In this document: positions 27,022 to 38,753 of the stretch, one piece after another
Position numbering within the stretch: position 1 is the first letter of the stretch
How the letters are laid out: each line of letters opens with the position of its first letter
Source of the DNA: Candidatus Hadarchaeum sp.
Lineage (GTDB): Archaea > Hadarchaeota > Hadarchaeia > Hadarchaeales > Hadarchaeaceae
Length of the DNA: 64,000 nucleotides
Assembly: GCF_049969415.1 (NCBI RefSeq)
Contig: NZ_JBMFOX010000001.1
Span: 32,001-96,000 of the forward strand
Reading direction: 5' to 3'
Notes under the pieces: model-generated
What the model was told of the DNA's origin: nothing
What the model saw: the letters and a program-made list of their open reading frames with translations, nothing else
Database searches by the model: none
Position numbers and translations under genes: made by a program

Positions 27022-28326
27022 ATGATGATCAAGTACATCCGGGACCCGATACACGGTTACATCGGCATAACTGATGTGGAACGCCGGATAATTGACACCT
27101 GGCCTGTCCAGCGTCTCCGCGGGATAAAGCAGCTCTCAATCGCATCGCTCGTCTATCCCGGCGGCGAACACACCAGGTTTTCTCACTCGCTGGGCGCCAT
27201 GCATGTGGCGGGCCTGATCGCTGACTCGCTGAAAAAAAGCGTTGAAATCTCAGAAAATGATTGGCAGCTTGTCAGGCTCGCCAGCCTTCTTCATGACGTT
27301 GGTCACGGTCCCTTCTCGCATTCCTACGAAGAACTGATTGCGGAAAAGCGCGGCCTCAATCACGAGCAGATGGGAGCAAGAATCGTGAAGGAGAGCGAAC
27401 TCGCCGACGTGCTGAAGGACTGCGGCTACAGCCCGGATGAAATCGTCGATCTCGCCTTTGGCAAGGCGAGGAAGCGAAGCGACTATCTGCACCAGATAAC
27501 GGCCAGCCAGGTTGATTCTGACAAGCTCGACTTTCTGGTCCGGGACTCCTACTACACCGGCGTCGAATACGGTCGCATCGACATCAACCGGCTGATTCAG
27601 GCGATGGACGTCTACGGCAACGACATCGCCATTGACCTAAAGGCGCTCTATGCGCTCGAGGCATTCATGATAGCAAGATACGAGATGTTCCTCGCCGTCT
27701 ACTACCACCACGCCGTAAGATCCGCGGAGATCATGCTCCACAAGGCGATGGGCCACGCTGATGAAATCATCGGGCTGACTTCATTCACCGATGTTAACGA
27801 GTTCCTGAAGATGGACGACGGCTATGTGGCAACCAAACTGAGGGAGCTTAACCCCGCCGACTTTAACGATCCTGAAAAAAGACGGCAGGTCGAAAAGGCC
27901 AAGGAGATAATGAGGATGCTGGACAACCGAAAGCTCCTCAAGGTAGCCTACCAGCGAGATGTTCACGTCAAGGACGCCTACGTGGCAAAATTGCTGAGCG
28001 ACAAAAACGTGAGGCGGCAGAAGGAGCAGGAGATTGCGAGGCTGGCTGGCGTCGAGAACGATGATGTGGTGGTGGACGTGCCAACGCTGGACTCCATTCC
28101 TTATTATCCTCGTGAAATCGATCCTATGGAAATCCCTGTTTTCACCTACATCGGCGGAAACAAGGAACTAGTGCAGCTCTCAAGGTACTCGCGGTTGATC
28201 AACGTGCTGAAGGGATACGTCGACATAATCCGGGTCTACACGAGCCCCAGCCACAGAAATAACGTTGAAAAAGCCGCTGGCGAGGTCTTCAAGACGCTGC
28301 CCTTTTCCGCCCAGATAAACATGTAG
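27022..28326 (+). CDS. HD-domain dNTP triphosphohydrolase (SAMHD1-like)
   Basis: IRDPIHG, QRLR.IKQL, HTRFSHSLG, LLHDVGHGPFSH, DKLDFL.RD, VYYH. Confidence 0.93.
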   Translation: MMIKYIRDPIHGYIGITDVERRIIDTWPVQRLRGIKQLSIASLVYPGGEHTRFSHSLGAMHVAGLIADSLKKSVEISENDWQLVRLASLLHDVGHGPFSHSYEELIAEKRGLNHEQMGARIVKESELADVLKDCGYSPDEIVDLAFGKARKRSDYLHQITASQVDSDKLDFLVRDSYYTGVEYGRIDINRLIQAMDVYGNDIAIDLKALYALEAFMIARYEMFLAVYYHHAVRSAEIMLHKAMGHADEIIGLTSFTDVNEFLKMDDGYVATKLRELNPADFNDPEKRRQVEKAKEIMRMLDNRKLLKVAYQRDVHVKDAYVAKLLSDKNVRRQKEQEIARLAGVENDDVVVDVPTLDSIPYYPREIDPMEIPVFTYIGGNKELVQLSRYSRLINVLKGYVDIIRVYTSPSHRNNVEKAAGEVFKTLPFSAQINM

Positions 28327-28341
28327 TTTGTCTGAAAAAGG

Positions 28342-28932
28342 TCAAAGCAGATTTTCCACCAATTTTCTAATTTCCGCCTGGACCTCCCCGACGGGGCGGT
28401 TGCCATCGACCACCTTCATCCGGTATAACTTAGCGATGCTCAGATAGGCCTGCCGGACCCTTCGCTGGAGCTCAAGGTTGCTTTCAAATTCATCGAGCCT
28501 GCGCGAACGATTAATTCTCTGACTCGAAACCTCCGGTGGAACGTCTATCAGTATCATCAGGTCCGGATCCGGGGCCATCTCGTTTATCTTCATTACCCAC
28601 CTGAGGGGAAGCCCACGGGCCGACTGATAGGCCAGCGAAGAGGCCTTGTATCTATCGGAAATAACAATCTTGCCCGAATTCACAGCCGGAGCTATAACCT
28701 GCTCCACATGCTGCAACCGGTCGGCGGCGAAGAGAAGGGCCTCAGCGGCCACGGGCAACTTAAGATTCCCTCGCAGGGCCAACTTTATTATTTTCCCGAT
28801 CGGGCCTCGAGTGGGCTCTTCGGTGACCAAGACCCCATGACCCATTCTTCGCAACCAGCTGGCGAGCAATCTTGCCTGGATGCTCTTACCGCTTCCGTCC
28901 AAGCCCTCGAGGCAAATGAACTTCCCCTTCAC
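28342..28932 (-). CDS. tmk: Thymidylate kinase
   Basis: EGLDGSGKS, LFAADR, DRY..SSLAYQ. Confidence 0.96.
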   Translation of the reverse strand: MKGKFICLEGLDGSGKSIQARLLASWLRRMGHGVLVTEEPTRGPIGKIIKLALRGNLKLPVAAEALLFAADRLQHVEQVIAPAVNSGKIVISDRYKASSLAYQSARGLPLRWVMKINEMAPDPDLMILIDVPPEVSSQRINRSRRLDEFESNLELQRRVRQAYLSIAKLYRMKVVDGNRPVGEVQAEIRKLVENLL

Positions 28933-28978
28933 CCAAGCACCAGAGCAAAGTCTTCTCCGAGGGATATGTATTTATCGC

Positions 28979-30169
28979 CTAAGCCACGGGCAGAGGCAGG
29001 CAGAGGACAAACACCACCAATGCCGCCGCCGCTAAAATTTTATGGCGCGTCGACAGCGGCGAAACATCGTCCAGGGCCCCGGGATGATAGCCCCGGAAGA
29101 AAACCAGAATCAACAGACCCCAGACGAAAAAGATCGGCATCTCAGGGAAGGCCAGTCCGAGCAGCATCAGCAAAAACCCCAGCATCCGGGTCAGTATATA
29201 GTGGCGCTGCCCGCCCAGGAGCGCCCGGGCGATGTGCCCTCCATCAAGCTGTCCCACCGGAATCATGTTAAACATCGTGAGGAGCATTACCACCCAGCCG
29301 GAGAAGGTCAGCGGGTTGAGCTCAAAGGCGCTGGTGAACCTGCCCAGGGTTACCAGCTGCAGCAGGCCGAACATTACCGGAACAAACGGCAGCGGATTTT
29401 CCAGTGAACTCGGGGTTGAAAGCGATAGGCCGATGAAGGTTATTATCGCCGAAAGAACAAAGCCAGTGATGGGCCCTGAGGCGCCCATCTCAACCAGCGC
29501 CTCCTTAGTTGGTATGGGGCTCTTGATGTTGATAACCGCTCCAAATGTCCCCAGCGGGAACGGTGGCGGAGCGGGAATGAAGTAGGGCAGTGTTGAAGCA
29601 ACCCTGTTGTGCCAGGCCGAGAGCTTATGGCCCATCTCATGAGCCACCAGCATGGCCAAAAGGGAAGCGGAGAAGAGAGCTGCGCTTCCAAGGGAGCTCT
29701 CAAAGAGATAGTATCCCGCAACAAAGGTCGATGCCACCGTGGCGGCGAAAAGGGCCAAATTGACCACGGGGCTGCCGCCGCGGACAGGAGGGCTCCTCAC
29801 CAGCGCCAGCTTTAGTTCGCCCTCCTGCACACGCATCACTGGGAGGTAATTTTCCTTTTTCAGAACCCGCAACAGATAGCGAAAGCCGCTGCGGGGATTA
29901 CGCGATGACACCTCCATTTCAATCCTGTCCCTCCGCCCCACCATGTCCAAGATCTCAAATTTCTTTGTAACCTGTTCCAGCATCCTGACCAGCCAATCAG
30001 GCGCTTCCTCAGCAACAACCTTGAAACTGCCGCCGCACCTAGGACAGCCCCCCGGAATTATCTCACCGACTTTGCGGGCCGACATCCGATAATCGCTATA
30101 CTGGCACTCCGTGCACTCAAATCTCTTTATCGGGGGCAGTTTCCCCATTTCATCACCCGCATCGATCAC
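28979..30169 (-). CDS. Site-2 protease (M50) with N-terminal Zn ribbon
   Basis: HEMGH, PYFIP, GTFGAVI, NMIPVGQLDGGHI; N-terminal CTEC...CPRC. Confidence 0.92.
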   Translation of the reverse strand: MIDAGDEMGKLPPIKRFECTECQYSDYRMSARKVGEIIPGGCPRCGGSFKVVAEEAPDWLVRMLEQVTKKFEILDMVGRRDRIEMEVSSRNPRSGFRYLLRVLKKENYLPVMRVQEGELKLALVRSPPVRGGSPVVNLALFAATVASTFVAGYYLFESSLGSAALFSASLLAMLVAHEMGHKLSAWHNRVASTLPYFIPAPPPFPLGTFGAVINIKSPIPTKEALVEMGASGPITGFVLSAIITFIGLSLSTPSSLENPLPFVPVMFGLLQLVTLGRFTSAFELNPLTFSGWVVMLLTMFNMIPVGQLDGGHIARALLGGQRHYILTRMLGFLLMLLGLAFPEMPIFFVWGLLILVFFRGYHPGALDDVSPLSTRHKILAAAALVVFVLCLPLPVA

Positions 30170-30729
30170 TCGCCGGCACCGGACCAGCGAGGATACAGCC
30201 CGTGATCGATGCCAAACATCTCCAAAACTCTTCCTACGATGAAGTCCACGAGGTCCGATATCTCCTTGGGTCGAATGTAAAAGGCCGGAGCTGCGGGCAG
30301 GATAACGGCCCCCGCCTGCCTGAGCTTTACCATGTTTTCCAGATGAATCAGGTTAAGAGGAGTCTCCCGCGGAACCAGCACCAGTCTCCGGTTCTGCTTG
30401 AGGGTCACGTCGGCCGCACGGGTGATCAAATCGTGGGAAATGCCGTTGGCGATTTCACCCAGTGTTTTCATGCTGCACGGAATCACCACCATGCCGTCGA
30501 CCTGATAAGACCCGCTTGAAGGAGGCGCCTCCAGGTCATCCGGAGAATAGCTCCGTGCGGAAATTTTACAAAGATCTGCAGCAGTTTTTCCCGTCTCCAT
30601 CTCCAGAATTTTTTCCGCGTTTCTTGAAATGATGAGCTCCGTCTCTATCTCCAGATTTTTACACGCCTCGAGAAATCTCAACCCGTACAGGGCACCGCTC
30701 GCCCCAGTCAAAGCGACAATTAAACGCAT
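30166..30729 (-). CDS. ubiX: Flavin prenyltransferase UbiX
   Basis: TGASGA.YG, SSGS, PCSMKTL, RAADVTLK, PRETPL. Confidence 0.96.
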   Translation of the reverse strand: MRLIVALTGASGALYGLRFLEACKNLEIETELIISRNAEKILEMETGKTAADLCKISARSYSPDDLEAPPSSGSYQVDGMVVIPCSMKTLGEIANGISHDLITRAADVTLKQNRRLVLVPRETPLNLIHLENMVKLRQAGAVILPAAPAFYIRPKEISDLVDFIVGRVLEMFGIDHGLYPRWSGAGE

Positions 30730-30777
30730 ATTTTCACCACTAATATCTTTACTGAACTAATATAACCGCCACCTGCG

Positions 30778-31920
30778 TCAATGCTGGGCGACCACCTGTT
30801 CAACCTTTCGCACCACTTCATCGCCAACTTCAGAAGTGCTCGATTTTCCACCAAGATCATAAGTCCTGACCTTCCCCTCCTGAAGCACTTTGACGACGGC
30901 CGCCTCGATGACGTCCGCGAGGCTCTGCTCACCCAGCTCCTCAAGCATCATCTGTCCGGCTAAAATCGTGGCTATCGGGTTGGCCACATTTTTCCCTGCA
31001 TGCTTGGGTGCCGAACCGTGAATGGGCTCGAACATGCTGACGCCGTCGGGATTGATGTTACCGCCCGGCGCCAAGCCCAAGCCCCCCTGAATCATGGCGC
31101 CGAGATCGGTGATGATGTCTCCGAACATGTTTGGGGTCACCACCACCTGATACCATTCGGGATTCTTCACGAACCACATGGTGATGGCATCCACAAAGGC
31201 CAACTCGGTTTCAATCTCGGGATAATCCTTAGCCACCGCCTCGAAGACCTCTCGCCAGAGCCCGTAAACATTGGTGAGCACATTGGCCTTGTCTACTGAG
31301 GTTACGCGCTTTTTCCCCTTCCGCCGTGCCAGCTCAAAGGAATAGCGGATAACTCTCTCCGTCCCCCTCCGGCTAATGACCCCGAGCTGATAGGCAATCT
31401 CATCCCGATCCACATCGATGTCCAGATTAAATTTCGCCTCATAGAGCGACCTGATGAGGTCTAGCTCGGCCTTGGACTTGCCCCAGGCCCTTCCGCCCAG
31501 AGCCACGTAAAAGTCCTCGGTGTTCTCCCTGACGACAAAGAAATTCACGTGCTCAGGGCCCTTCCCCACCAGCGGGCACGGGACTCCCGGATAGAGCTTA
31601 ACCGGGCGCAGATTTACATACTGGTCGAAGTAAAAACGGAGCCGCAGCAGTATCCCCTGCTCCAAGATTCCAGTCGGTACCCTAGGATCGCCCAAGGCCC
31701 CGAGGTAAACCGCGTCCATCTGAGACAGTTCCCTCAGCGCTTCTTCAGGGATCAACTCCTTAGTTCTGAGGTAGTGTTCGGCACCGTAGGGGAACTCCAC
31801 AAAATCAAACTCGACTCCGCCAACCACATCGGCCGCGGCACGAAGGACCTTCACGCCCTCCCGAATGACCTCGGGGCCAACGCCGTCGCCCGGAATGACC
31901 GCGATTTTGTATTTCCTCAA
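30778..31920 (-). CDS. leuB: 3-isopropylmalate dehydrogenase family enzyme
   Basis: [43 protein letters not shown]; TTG start after GGTGAAGG. Confidence 0.9.
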   Translation of the reverse strand: MRKYKIAVIPGDGVGPEVIREGVKVLRAAADVVGGVEFDFVEFPYGAEHYLRTKELIPEEALRELSQMDAVYLGALGDPRVPTGILEQGILLRLRFYFDQYVNLRPVKLYPGVPCPLVGKGPEHVNFFVVRENTEDFYVALGGRAWGKSKAELDLIRSLYEAKFNLDIDVDRDEIAYQLGVISRRGTERVIRYSFELARRKGKKRVTSVDKANVLTNVYGLWREVFEAVAKDYPEIETELAFVDAITMWFVKNPEWYQVVVTPNMFGDIITDLGAMIQGGLGLAPGGNINPDGVSMFEPIHGSAPKHAGKNVANPIATILAGQMMLEELGEQSLADVIEAAVVKVLQEGKVRTYDLGGKSSTSEVGDEVVRKVEQVVAQH

Positions 31921-31960
31921 AACCTTCACCGGAACAATTTCAATGCGGGACCTCTTAAGC

Positions 31961-32479
31961 TTAAACCGCAGATTTTTTCCCCATGTTGCCGCTTTTCCGT
32001 CCCATCCTTTTGAGGTAAGGCAACAGGCCCCCGGCCCGAAGGATTTCCATGAGAAAATCAGGGAGCGGCTCGGCCTTGAATTTCTTGCCCGTTCGGGTGT
32101 TGAGCACCTCACCCTTGCTGATGTTCACCTTGATACCATCGCCCGTCTTGAAGCCCCGCCGCGCCTCCCGGGAGACCAGAACCGGCAATCCTTGATTTAT
32201 CGCGTTCCGGAAAAATATCCGGGCAAATGACTCCGCGACCACGGCGGCAATTCCCGCTCCCCGCAACGCGATGGGTGCGTGCTCCCGGCTCGAGCCACAG
32301 CCAAAGTTCTTTCCAGCCACGATGACATCTCCTTTTCTGACCTTGGCGGCGAACTCGGGATCCACCGCCTCCATCACGTGCTTCGCCAGCTCCTTTGGAT
32401 CCCGCTGGACCAAATAGCGCCCAGCGATGATGTCATCGGTTGAGATGTTGTCCCCAAAGACCCAAGCCCTGACCATCAC
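31961..32479 (-). CDS. leuD: 3-isopropylmalate dehydratase small subunit
   Basis: [33 protein letters not shown]. Confidence 0.93.
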   Translation of the reverse strand: MMVRAWVFGDNISTDDIIAGRYLVQRDPKELAKHVMEAVDPEFAAKVRKGDVIVAGKNFGCGSSREHAPIALRGAGIAAVVAESFARIFFRNAINQGLPVLVSREARRGFKTGDGIKVNISKGEVLNTRTGKKFKAEPLPDFLMEILRAGGLLPYLKRMGRKSGNMGKKSAV

Positions 32480-33732
32480 ACATCCCTCGGATCAGTTATC
32501 TCCCCCTTCAGGGCCGAGGCGGCCACCGTCGCCGGCGAGCCGAGATAGACTTGGGCCTCGGGGCTGCCCATGCGTCCCCGGAAATTCCTGTTGGAAGAGG
32601 AGATGCAGACCTCACCGGGCCCGAGAATTCCTATGTGTCCGCCCATGCAGGCTGCGCAGGAAGGCGATCCCACCATGGCACCGGCCCCGACGAACTTTTG
32701 CAGCAACCCCTTTTCCAGCGCCTCAAGGTAAACCTCGCGCGAGGCGGGTACGACCAACATCCTCACTCCCCGGGCTATTTTTCTACCCTTCAAAATTCTG
32801 GCGGCCTCGATCAGGTCTTCAAGCCGGCCGTTGGTGCAGCTGCCTAAAAACGCCTGATCCACCTTTACCCCGGCCACCTCGCGCACAGGGCGCACCTTAT
32901 CCACGTGGTGAGGTATGGCCACCTGAGGTTCGATTCGAGACAAATCGTAATCTCTCTCCTCCACATAGCTCGCGCCCGGATCGCTGTAAATTGCTTGATA
33001 ATCCCATTTGGCCCTGCCTGCCAAATATCTGGCTGTAATCTCATCCGCCGGGACAATCGCGGTCTTCGCCCCCATTTCCACCCCCATATTGCACATCGTC
33101 ATCCTTCCACCAACGCTAATGCCCTTCAGACCATTGCCGGCAAACTCGATGGCGCGGTAATTGGCGCCGTCCGCCCCGACATCACCCACCAGCCTCAGCA
33201 CCACGTCCTTCGGGAGGACCCGGTCTCTAAGCCTCCCTTCAACTTTTATGAGCATACTCTCGGGCACCCGGAACCAAAGTTTCCCTGTGGCAAACACCGC
33301 GGCCATGTCCGTGGAACCTATTCCCGTGGCAAAACAGCCAAAGGCACCATAGGTACAGGTGTGGGAATCGGCTCCGACGATAAGTTCACCAGGAAGCGCG
33401 AAACCGTGTTCCGGCAGCACCTGATGGCAAACGCCCTCATTAACATCAAAGAAGTTCTGGATGTTATTCTTCGCCGCAAACCTGCGCAGCCTGATGTGCT
33501 CCTTTGACGCCTCAATGGATATCGATGGCGCCTGGTGATCCAAAACGATTACCACCCTTGAGGGATCCCAGACGCCCTCGACTCCAATCTGCTCCAAGGC
33601 CTCAATCGTGATGGGTCCGGTAATATCATTAATCATGGCCACGTCGACCCGGGCCTCAACTATCTCGCCCGGAGAAACACTTTGACGCCCTGACGCCCGG
33701 GCCAGTATTTTCTCGGCAATCGTCATCGGCAT
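32476..33732 (-). CDS. leuC: 3-isopropylmalate dehydratase large subunit
   Basis: GADSHTCTYGA, GSCTNGR, CAACMG, NRNFRGRMG. Confidence 0.93.
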   Translation of the reverse strand: MPMTIAEKILARASGRQSVSPGEIVEARVDVAMINDITGPITIEALEQIGVEGVWDPSRVVIVLDHQAPSISIEASKEHIRLRRFAAKNNIQNFFDVNEGVCHQVLPEHGFALPGELIVGADSHTCTYGAFGCFATGIGSTDMAAVFATGKLWFRVPESMLIKVEGRLRDRVLPKDVVLRLVGDVGADGANYRAIEFAGNGLKGISVGGRMTMCNMGVEMGAKTAIVPADEITARYLAGRAKWDYQAIYSDPGASYVEERDYDLSRIEPQVAIPHHVDKVRPVREVAGVKVDQAFLGSCTNGRLEDLIEAARILKGRKIARGVRMLVVPASREVYLEALEKGLLQKFVGAGAMVGSPSCAACMGGHIGILGPGEVCISSSNRNFRGRMGSPEAQVYLGSPATVAASALKGEITDPRDV

Positions 33733-33808
33733 AAAGTTCCAACCAGATTAAGTGGCTCAAACTTTAAGTTTTATTGTAGTTATCACACAACGACAATATT
33801 TTCCAAAA

Positions 33809-35467
33809 TCAGATTCTTATGGCCCCCTCTGCAGCCGAAGTGACCACCTGGGAGTAATGGCCCAAATATCCCGTCTTTATTTTAGGCGGACGCAACTTTA
33901 CCTTGGCCAGCCTTTCCTGAAGCTCTTCTTCTGGAACCAGTACCTCCAGCCGGCGGCGCGGGATGTCGATCAAGATCTTATCCCCTTCGGCAACGGTCGC
34001 AATCGGACCCCGCTCGGCAGCCTCGGGCGAGACATGCCCCACCGCCGCTCCACGTGTGCCTCCGGAGAATCTACCATCAGTCACCAGAGCCACTGAGTCA
34101 ATTAATCCCAGTCCGGCTAGGGCGGAAGTGGCCGCAAGCATCTCACGCATTCCCGGACCTCCCTTGGGGCCCTCGTACCGAATAACAACCACATCACCGC
34201 GCCTGATCTTGCCGGACAGTATCGCCCTCACGGCGTCCTCCTCGCAATCGAACACCCGGGCCGGCCCCGTATGCCGAATCATTTTCGGGCTCACGCCAGC
34301 ATACTTTATCACGGCTCCACGGGGGGCCAAACTGCCGAACAAAATCGCGATGCCGCCCTCGCGATGGTAGGGTTTTTTCAGCGGCCTGATTACCCCATTG
34401 TTCGGCATCCTGACGAACTTCAAGTTATCTCGGACACTCCTGCCGGTGACGGTGAGCGGTGAGCCCCGGACGAGATTACTGAGCCTCTTCAGGACTGCAG
34501 GTATTCCCCCAGCCCGATCCAGATCCAGCATCGTGTTGGGACCGCTGGGCCTCAGGCTGCAGATGTGTGGCGTCCTTCGGCTCAATCGGTCAAAGAGATC
34601 CAAGTCCAGCTTGATCCCGGCCTCGTGGGCGATTGCCGGAAGATGGAGCACGGTATTCGTCGAGCCACCAATGGCCATGTCCACTATCACCGCATTCTCA
34701 AAGGCAGGCTTGGTCATTATTTTTCTTGGAGTTATCCCAAGACGAAGCAAAGTCAAAACTTGAGAACCGCTTTTCTTAGCCAAGATGAATTTTCTGGAGT
34801 CGACGGCGTGGGTGGTGGCCATTCCGGGAAGAGACATGCCCATCGCCTCGGTGAGACAGGCCATGGTGTTGGCTGTGAACAGTCCGGCGCAGGAACCGCA
34901 ACCAGGACAACAGCGTTCCTCAATCAACCGGGCCTCTCTTTCACTCATCTTGCCAGATTTAACCGCACCGACGGCCTCGAAGGCGCTGATCACATCCAGC
35001 TTCTGGCCCTGCCACTCTCCCGGCAGCATCGGTCCACCGGTGACCATTATCCCGGGGATGTTCACCCGCGCCATGGCCATAAGCATCCCGGGGACGATCT
35101 TGTCGCAGCTGGCCACGCAAACCACGGCATCAAATCGGTGGGCCTCAAGCATCAGCTCCACGCTGTCGGCGATTATCTCCCGCGAAGGCAGCGAATAGCA
35201 CATGCCGCGGGTGCCCATCGAGATACCGTCACAGATAGCAATCGTGTTAAACTCAAATGGGGTCCCGCCGGCCTCCCGAATCCCTGCCGCCACAGCCTCC
35301 CCCAGCTGTCGCAGGTGCAGATGTCCCGGAACGATGTTGGTGTAAGAGTTGGCTATGGCGACAAACGGTCTTTCAAAATCACTATCACTCAGCCCATCCG
35401 CCCGCAAAAGAGCTCTACGAGGAAGGCTCTCTAAACCGGTCACCACCTCTCGGCTGCGCAGCTTCAT
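33809..35467 (-). CDS. ilvD: Dihydroxy-acid dehydratase
   Basis: [40 protein letters not shown]. Confidence 0.97.
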   Translation of the reverse strand: MKLRSREVVTGLESLPRRALLRADGLSDSDFERPFVAIANSYTNIVPGHLHLRQLGEAVAAGIREAGGTPFEFNTIAICDGISMGTRGMCYSLPSREIIADSVELMLEAHRFDAVVCVASCDKIVPGMLMAMARVNIPGIMVTGGPMLPGEWQGQKLDVISAFEAVGAVKSGKMSEREARLIEERCCPGCGSCAGLFTANTMACLTEAMGMSLPGMATTHAVDSRKFILAKKSGSQVLTLLRLGITPRKIMTKPAFENAVIVDMAIGGSTNTVLHLPAIAHEAGIKLDLDLFDRLSRRTPHICSLRPSGPNTMLDLDRAGGIPAVLKRLSNLVRGSPLTVTGRSVRDNLKFVRMPNNGVIRPLKKPYHREGGIAILFGSLAPRGAVIKYAGVSPKMIRHTGPARVFDCEEDAVRAILSGKIRRGDVVVIRYEGPKGGPGMREMLAATSALAGLGLIDSVALVTDGRFSGGTRGAAVGHVSPEAAERGPIATVAEGDKILIDIPRRRLEVLVPEEELQERLAKVKLRPPKIKTGYLGHYSQVVTSAAEGAIRI

Positions 35468-35539
35468 CGGTCCTGCCTCCGAGTAGGCTTCACGTTCTCA
35501 ATATAAATTTCTGGCGGTTCAGTAACTGGGGATAAAGGA

Positions 35540-36526
35540 TTACTTCTCGATTCCAGCCCACTTTCTCAGCTCTCTTCCGACCTTCTCGACCAGATGCTTC
35601 TTGCCTTCCTCCCGCATCCTTCGCAGGTTCGGCAGGCCCGCCTTGCTCTCCGCAATCCATTCCTTGGCAAACTTTCCGCTCTTTATCTCCTCAAGCATTC
35701 TCTTCATCGTTTTCCGCGCTCTCTCGTCGATTATCCACTTGCCCCTGGTGCGGCCGCCGTATTCCGCGGTGTTGCTGACGGCCTTCATCATGCCCTCAAT
35801 ACCGTGCTCGTAGACTAGGTCGACAATCAGCTTCAGCTCGTTGATGCATTCGAAATAGGCTATCTCCGGCTGATAGCCCGCCTCGACCAAGGTCTCAAAA
35901 CCGGCGATCATCAGTTCGGAAACTCCGCCCACCAACACAGCCTGCTCACCGAAAAGGTCCGTCTCCACCTCCTCCTTGAACGTGGTTTCAACCACACCGA
36001 TTCTAGTCAGACCCGCCCCTTTTGCCATTGCCAAAGCTATCTTCTTTGCCTTTCCGCTGGCGTCCTGCTCCACGGCCAGCAATCCCGGCGTTCCGGAACC
36101 GCGCTCGTACATCTGCCGCAACATTGCCCCCGGCGCCTTTGGGGCGATCATGATTACATCCACGTCCTTGGGCGGCACTATCTGCTTGAAGTGGATGTTG
36201 AATCCATGGCTAAAGCAAAGGACCTTGCCCGGGCTTAGGTGCTGCTGGATATGCTCTCGATAGACGTCCGCCTGATATTCATCCGGGATTAAAATGTGGA
36301 CGATGTCGGCACGTTTGGCAGCTTCTGGGATGTCGTAGACCTCAAAGCCATCCTGCTTGGCCTGCTCATAGCTGGCGTCCTTGATGTTGCCGATGATCAC
36401 CTTGCAACCGGAATCCCTGAGGTTCTTGGCCTGTGCCTGACCCTGATTTCCATAACCAATGATGGCTATCGTCTTCCCCTTCAACGGAGAAATATCCGCA
36501 TCCTTGTCATAGTAAATTTTCGCCAT
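35540..36526 (-). CDS. ilvC: Ketol-acid reductoisomerase
   Basis: [30 protein letters not shown]. Confidence 0.97.
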   Translation of the reverse strand: MAKIYYDKDADISPLKGKTIAIIGYGNQGQAQAKNLRDSGCKVIIGNIKDASYEQAKQDGFEVYDIPEAAKRADIVHILIPDEYQADVYREHIQQHLSPGKVLCFSHGFNIHFKQIVPPKDVDVIMIAPKAPGAMLRQMYERGSGTPGLLAVEQDASGKAKKIALAMAKGAGLTRIGVVETTFKEEVETDLFGEQAVLVGGVSELMIAGFETLVEAGYQPEIAYFECINELKLIVDLVYEHGIEGMMKAVSNTAEYGGRTRGKWIIDERARKTMKRMLEEIKSGKFAKEWIAESKAGLPNLRRMREEGKKHLVEKVGRELRKWAGIEK

Positions 36527-36536
36527 GTTATCCCTC

Positions 36537-37028
36537 TTAAGTTGTCTCTCGGGATATAAGAACCTGACCGGAACGGGCGACTTCCTTCAAAATCTCTGGC
36601 CCCAGCTCCTTGACCACCTTCTCAATGTGCTCATGAGTGCCGCTGAGCTCGATAATCAAGACGTTTCCCTTGTTCTCCAACACCTTACCACCGGCGCTCT
36701 CAACCTGCTGTACCACCTTCCAGAGCTGGTCCTCGTCGAGCTTTCTCGTCTTCAACAACGCGATTTCCCGAGCAATGCTACGCTCAGGATCGATCACCTC
36801 GACGTCGATTATCGGCTCGGCTCGAAGAAGGATTCTGCGCATGAACTCAGCCATGCGATCGTCGGCTTGAAAGGTCAAAATAACTCTGGCTAAGCCGGTG
36901 GGTTCGATTCCTACCGTGATTGAGTCGAGGTTAATCTGTCGCCTGGTAAAGGATCGGGATATCCTCATCATGACCCCGGGGACATTCTGACAGAGCACGG
37001 AAAACATTCGCGTCTTCATCACTAACAC
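36537..37028 (-). CDS. ilvH: Acetolactate synthase regulatory subunit
   Basis: ACT domain NVPGV..RI...[13 protein letters not shown]; between ilvB and ilvC. Confidence 0.9.
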   Translation of the reverse strand: MLVMKTRMFSVLCQNVPGVMMRISRSFTRRQINLDSITVGIEPTGLARVILTFQADDRMAEFMRRILLRAEPIIDVEVIDPERSIAREIALLKTRKLDEDQLWKVVQQVESAGGKVLENKGNVLIIELSGTHEHIEKVVKELGPEILKEVARSGQVLISRETT

Positions 37029-38717
37029 CTATGTCAATATTGGTTCATCAAGCCTTCCCCCGGCTGGTACCATGGGCAACACGTGCTCATCGGGGTCAAT
37101 CGGGATATCCAGAATAGCCGGCTTTCCGCAACTCAGCGCCTCCCGCAGCTTCGGTGCTATCTCGCTGGGCCTCGAGGCGCGATCACCCCAAGCGCCGTAG
37201 GCCTTGGCAAGCTTCACGAAATCAGGCACCCTACCCAAACAAACTGCCGAACGCCGTTTCTGGTAAAAAAGGTCCTGCCACTGCTTGACCATGCCCAGAT
37301 AGCGGTTGTTGAAGATGCAGGAAACTACATTTATCTTGTTTTCCACAACAGTAGCCAGCTCTTGGGAATTCATGAGGAAACTGCCGTCGCCGGCTATATT
37401 TACCACATCACATTCGGGTCGCGCAATTTTGACGCCCATCGAGGCGGGAAATCCGAACCCCATCGTCCCCAACCCTCCGGAGGAGATGAAATGCCGCGGT
37501 TTTTTGACAACGTAAAAGTGAGCCGCCCACATCTGACACTGCCCCACCTCGGTAACGATTATCGCGTCATCGCTGAGCACGCTCATGATCTCCTTAATAA
37601 CCCGCTGCGGCTTGGTGGGAACTTCATCATAATCCATCCTCGGGGCTAGCTCCTCCCGCATCTTCTTCATCTTTTGCAACCAATCACTGGTCCTTCCCCG
37701 CTTCACCTGCAATTTGAGACCTTTGATTATCTCGGTGAGCGTGCGCTTAGCATCACCGATGATCGGCAAGTCCACGCGAACGTTCTTCCCCAGCTCAACC
37801 TGATCGATGTCGATGTGAATAATCTTGGCCCGTGGAGCAAAGTGACGGACATCACCGGTGGCGCGATCGCTGAACCTGACGCCCACACCCAGCAGGACAT
37901 CGCATTCGCTCACGGCGAGGTTGGCCGCCATCCGGCCGTGCATGCCGAGCATTCCCAGCGCCAGTGGGTGGTCCTCGGGAATCACGCCCTTACCCATCAG
38001 CGATGTCACCACCGGAGCTCCCAACAGCTCGGCCAAAGCGACAACCTCTGCCGACGCCGAAGACCAGATGACGCCGCCGCCGGCATAAATCACCGGCTGC
38101 TCGGCTTCTACCAACAGTTTAACCGCCTTCCGAACGTCTTCAGGATCTGGATCCAACTTTATCAACTTGGGATAATCCACTTGGGCGGGAATATTCAGGT
38201 CCGCCTCGCTCACCTGAACATCCTTGGGCAGGTCAATATGCACCGGACCCGGCCTTCCCGTGGTGGCTGTTTTGAAAGCGAGGCGGATAATGGTGGGAAG
38301 GTCGACGATGTTGCGAATGATGAAGTTGTGTTTGGTTATCGGCAGCATGATGCTCAGCATGTCGGCCTCCTGAAAAGCGTCACTGCCCAGCACGGAGTTC
38401 GGCATCTGCCCTGAGATGGCGACCACGGGGGAGCTGTCCATGTAAGCGTTGAGAATTCCGGTGGTCAGATTGGTTGCCCCGGGGCCAGAAGTGGTCAGAC
38501 AAACCCCTGGCCTACCTATGGCGCGGGCATAGCCATCTGCAGCGTGCGCTGCCGCCTGCTCGTGCCTAGTCAGGATATGGCGAATTTCGGTCTCATCATA
38601 CAGGGCATCATAGGCCGGGATGATAGCACCGCCTGGGATGCCAAAGATATCCCGCACGCCCTCCGCCTTCAAGGCTTCAAACAGCGCCTTGGCACCAGTC
38701 ATTTTGGCCATAGACAC
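37029..38717 (-). CDS. ilvB: Acetolactate synthase large subunit
   Basis: FGIPGGA, RHEQ, TSGPGATN, GDGSFLMN TPP motif. Confidence 0.97.
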   Translation of the reverse strand: MSMAKMTGAKALFEALKAEGVRDIFGIPGGAIIPAYDALYDETEIRHILTRHEQAAAHAADGYARAIGRPGVCLTTSGPGATNLTTGILNAYMDSSPVVAISGQMPNSVLGSDAFQEADMLSIMLPITKHNFIIRNIVDLPTIIRLAFKTATTGRPGPVHIDLPKDVQVSEADLNIPAQVDYPKLIKLDPDPEDVRKAVKLLVEAEQPVIYAGGGVIWSSASAEVVALAELLGAPVVTSLMGKGVIPEDHPLALGMLGMHGRMAANLAVSECDVLLGVGVRFSDRATGDVRHFAPRAKIIHIDIDQVELGKNVRVDLPIIGDAKRTLTEIIKGLKLQVKRGRTSDWLQKMKKMREELAPRMDYDEVPTKPQRVIKEIMSVLSDDAIIVTEVGQCQMWAAHFYVVKKPRHFISSGGLGTMGFGFPASMGVKIARPECDVVNIAGDGSFLMNSQELATVVENKINVVSCIFNNRYLGMVKQWQDLFYQKRRSAVCLGRVPDFVKLAKAYGAWGDRASRPSEIAPKLREALSCGKPAILDIPIDPDEHVLPMVPAGGRLDEPILT

Positions 38718-38753
38718 CAGCTATAAAGTTATTATTCAATTGTTTATAAACAA

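Noticed and set aside
34565-35434. 289-aa plus-strand ORF (likewise 17471..18340, 25718..26596, 37674..38414, 61169..62023)
   Set aside because: All lie antisense to well-supported genes and have no motifs
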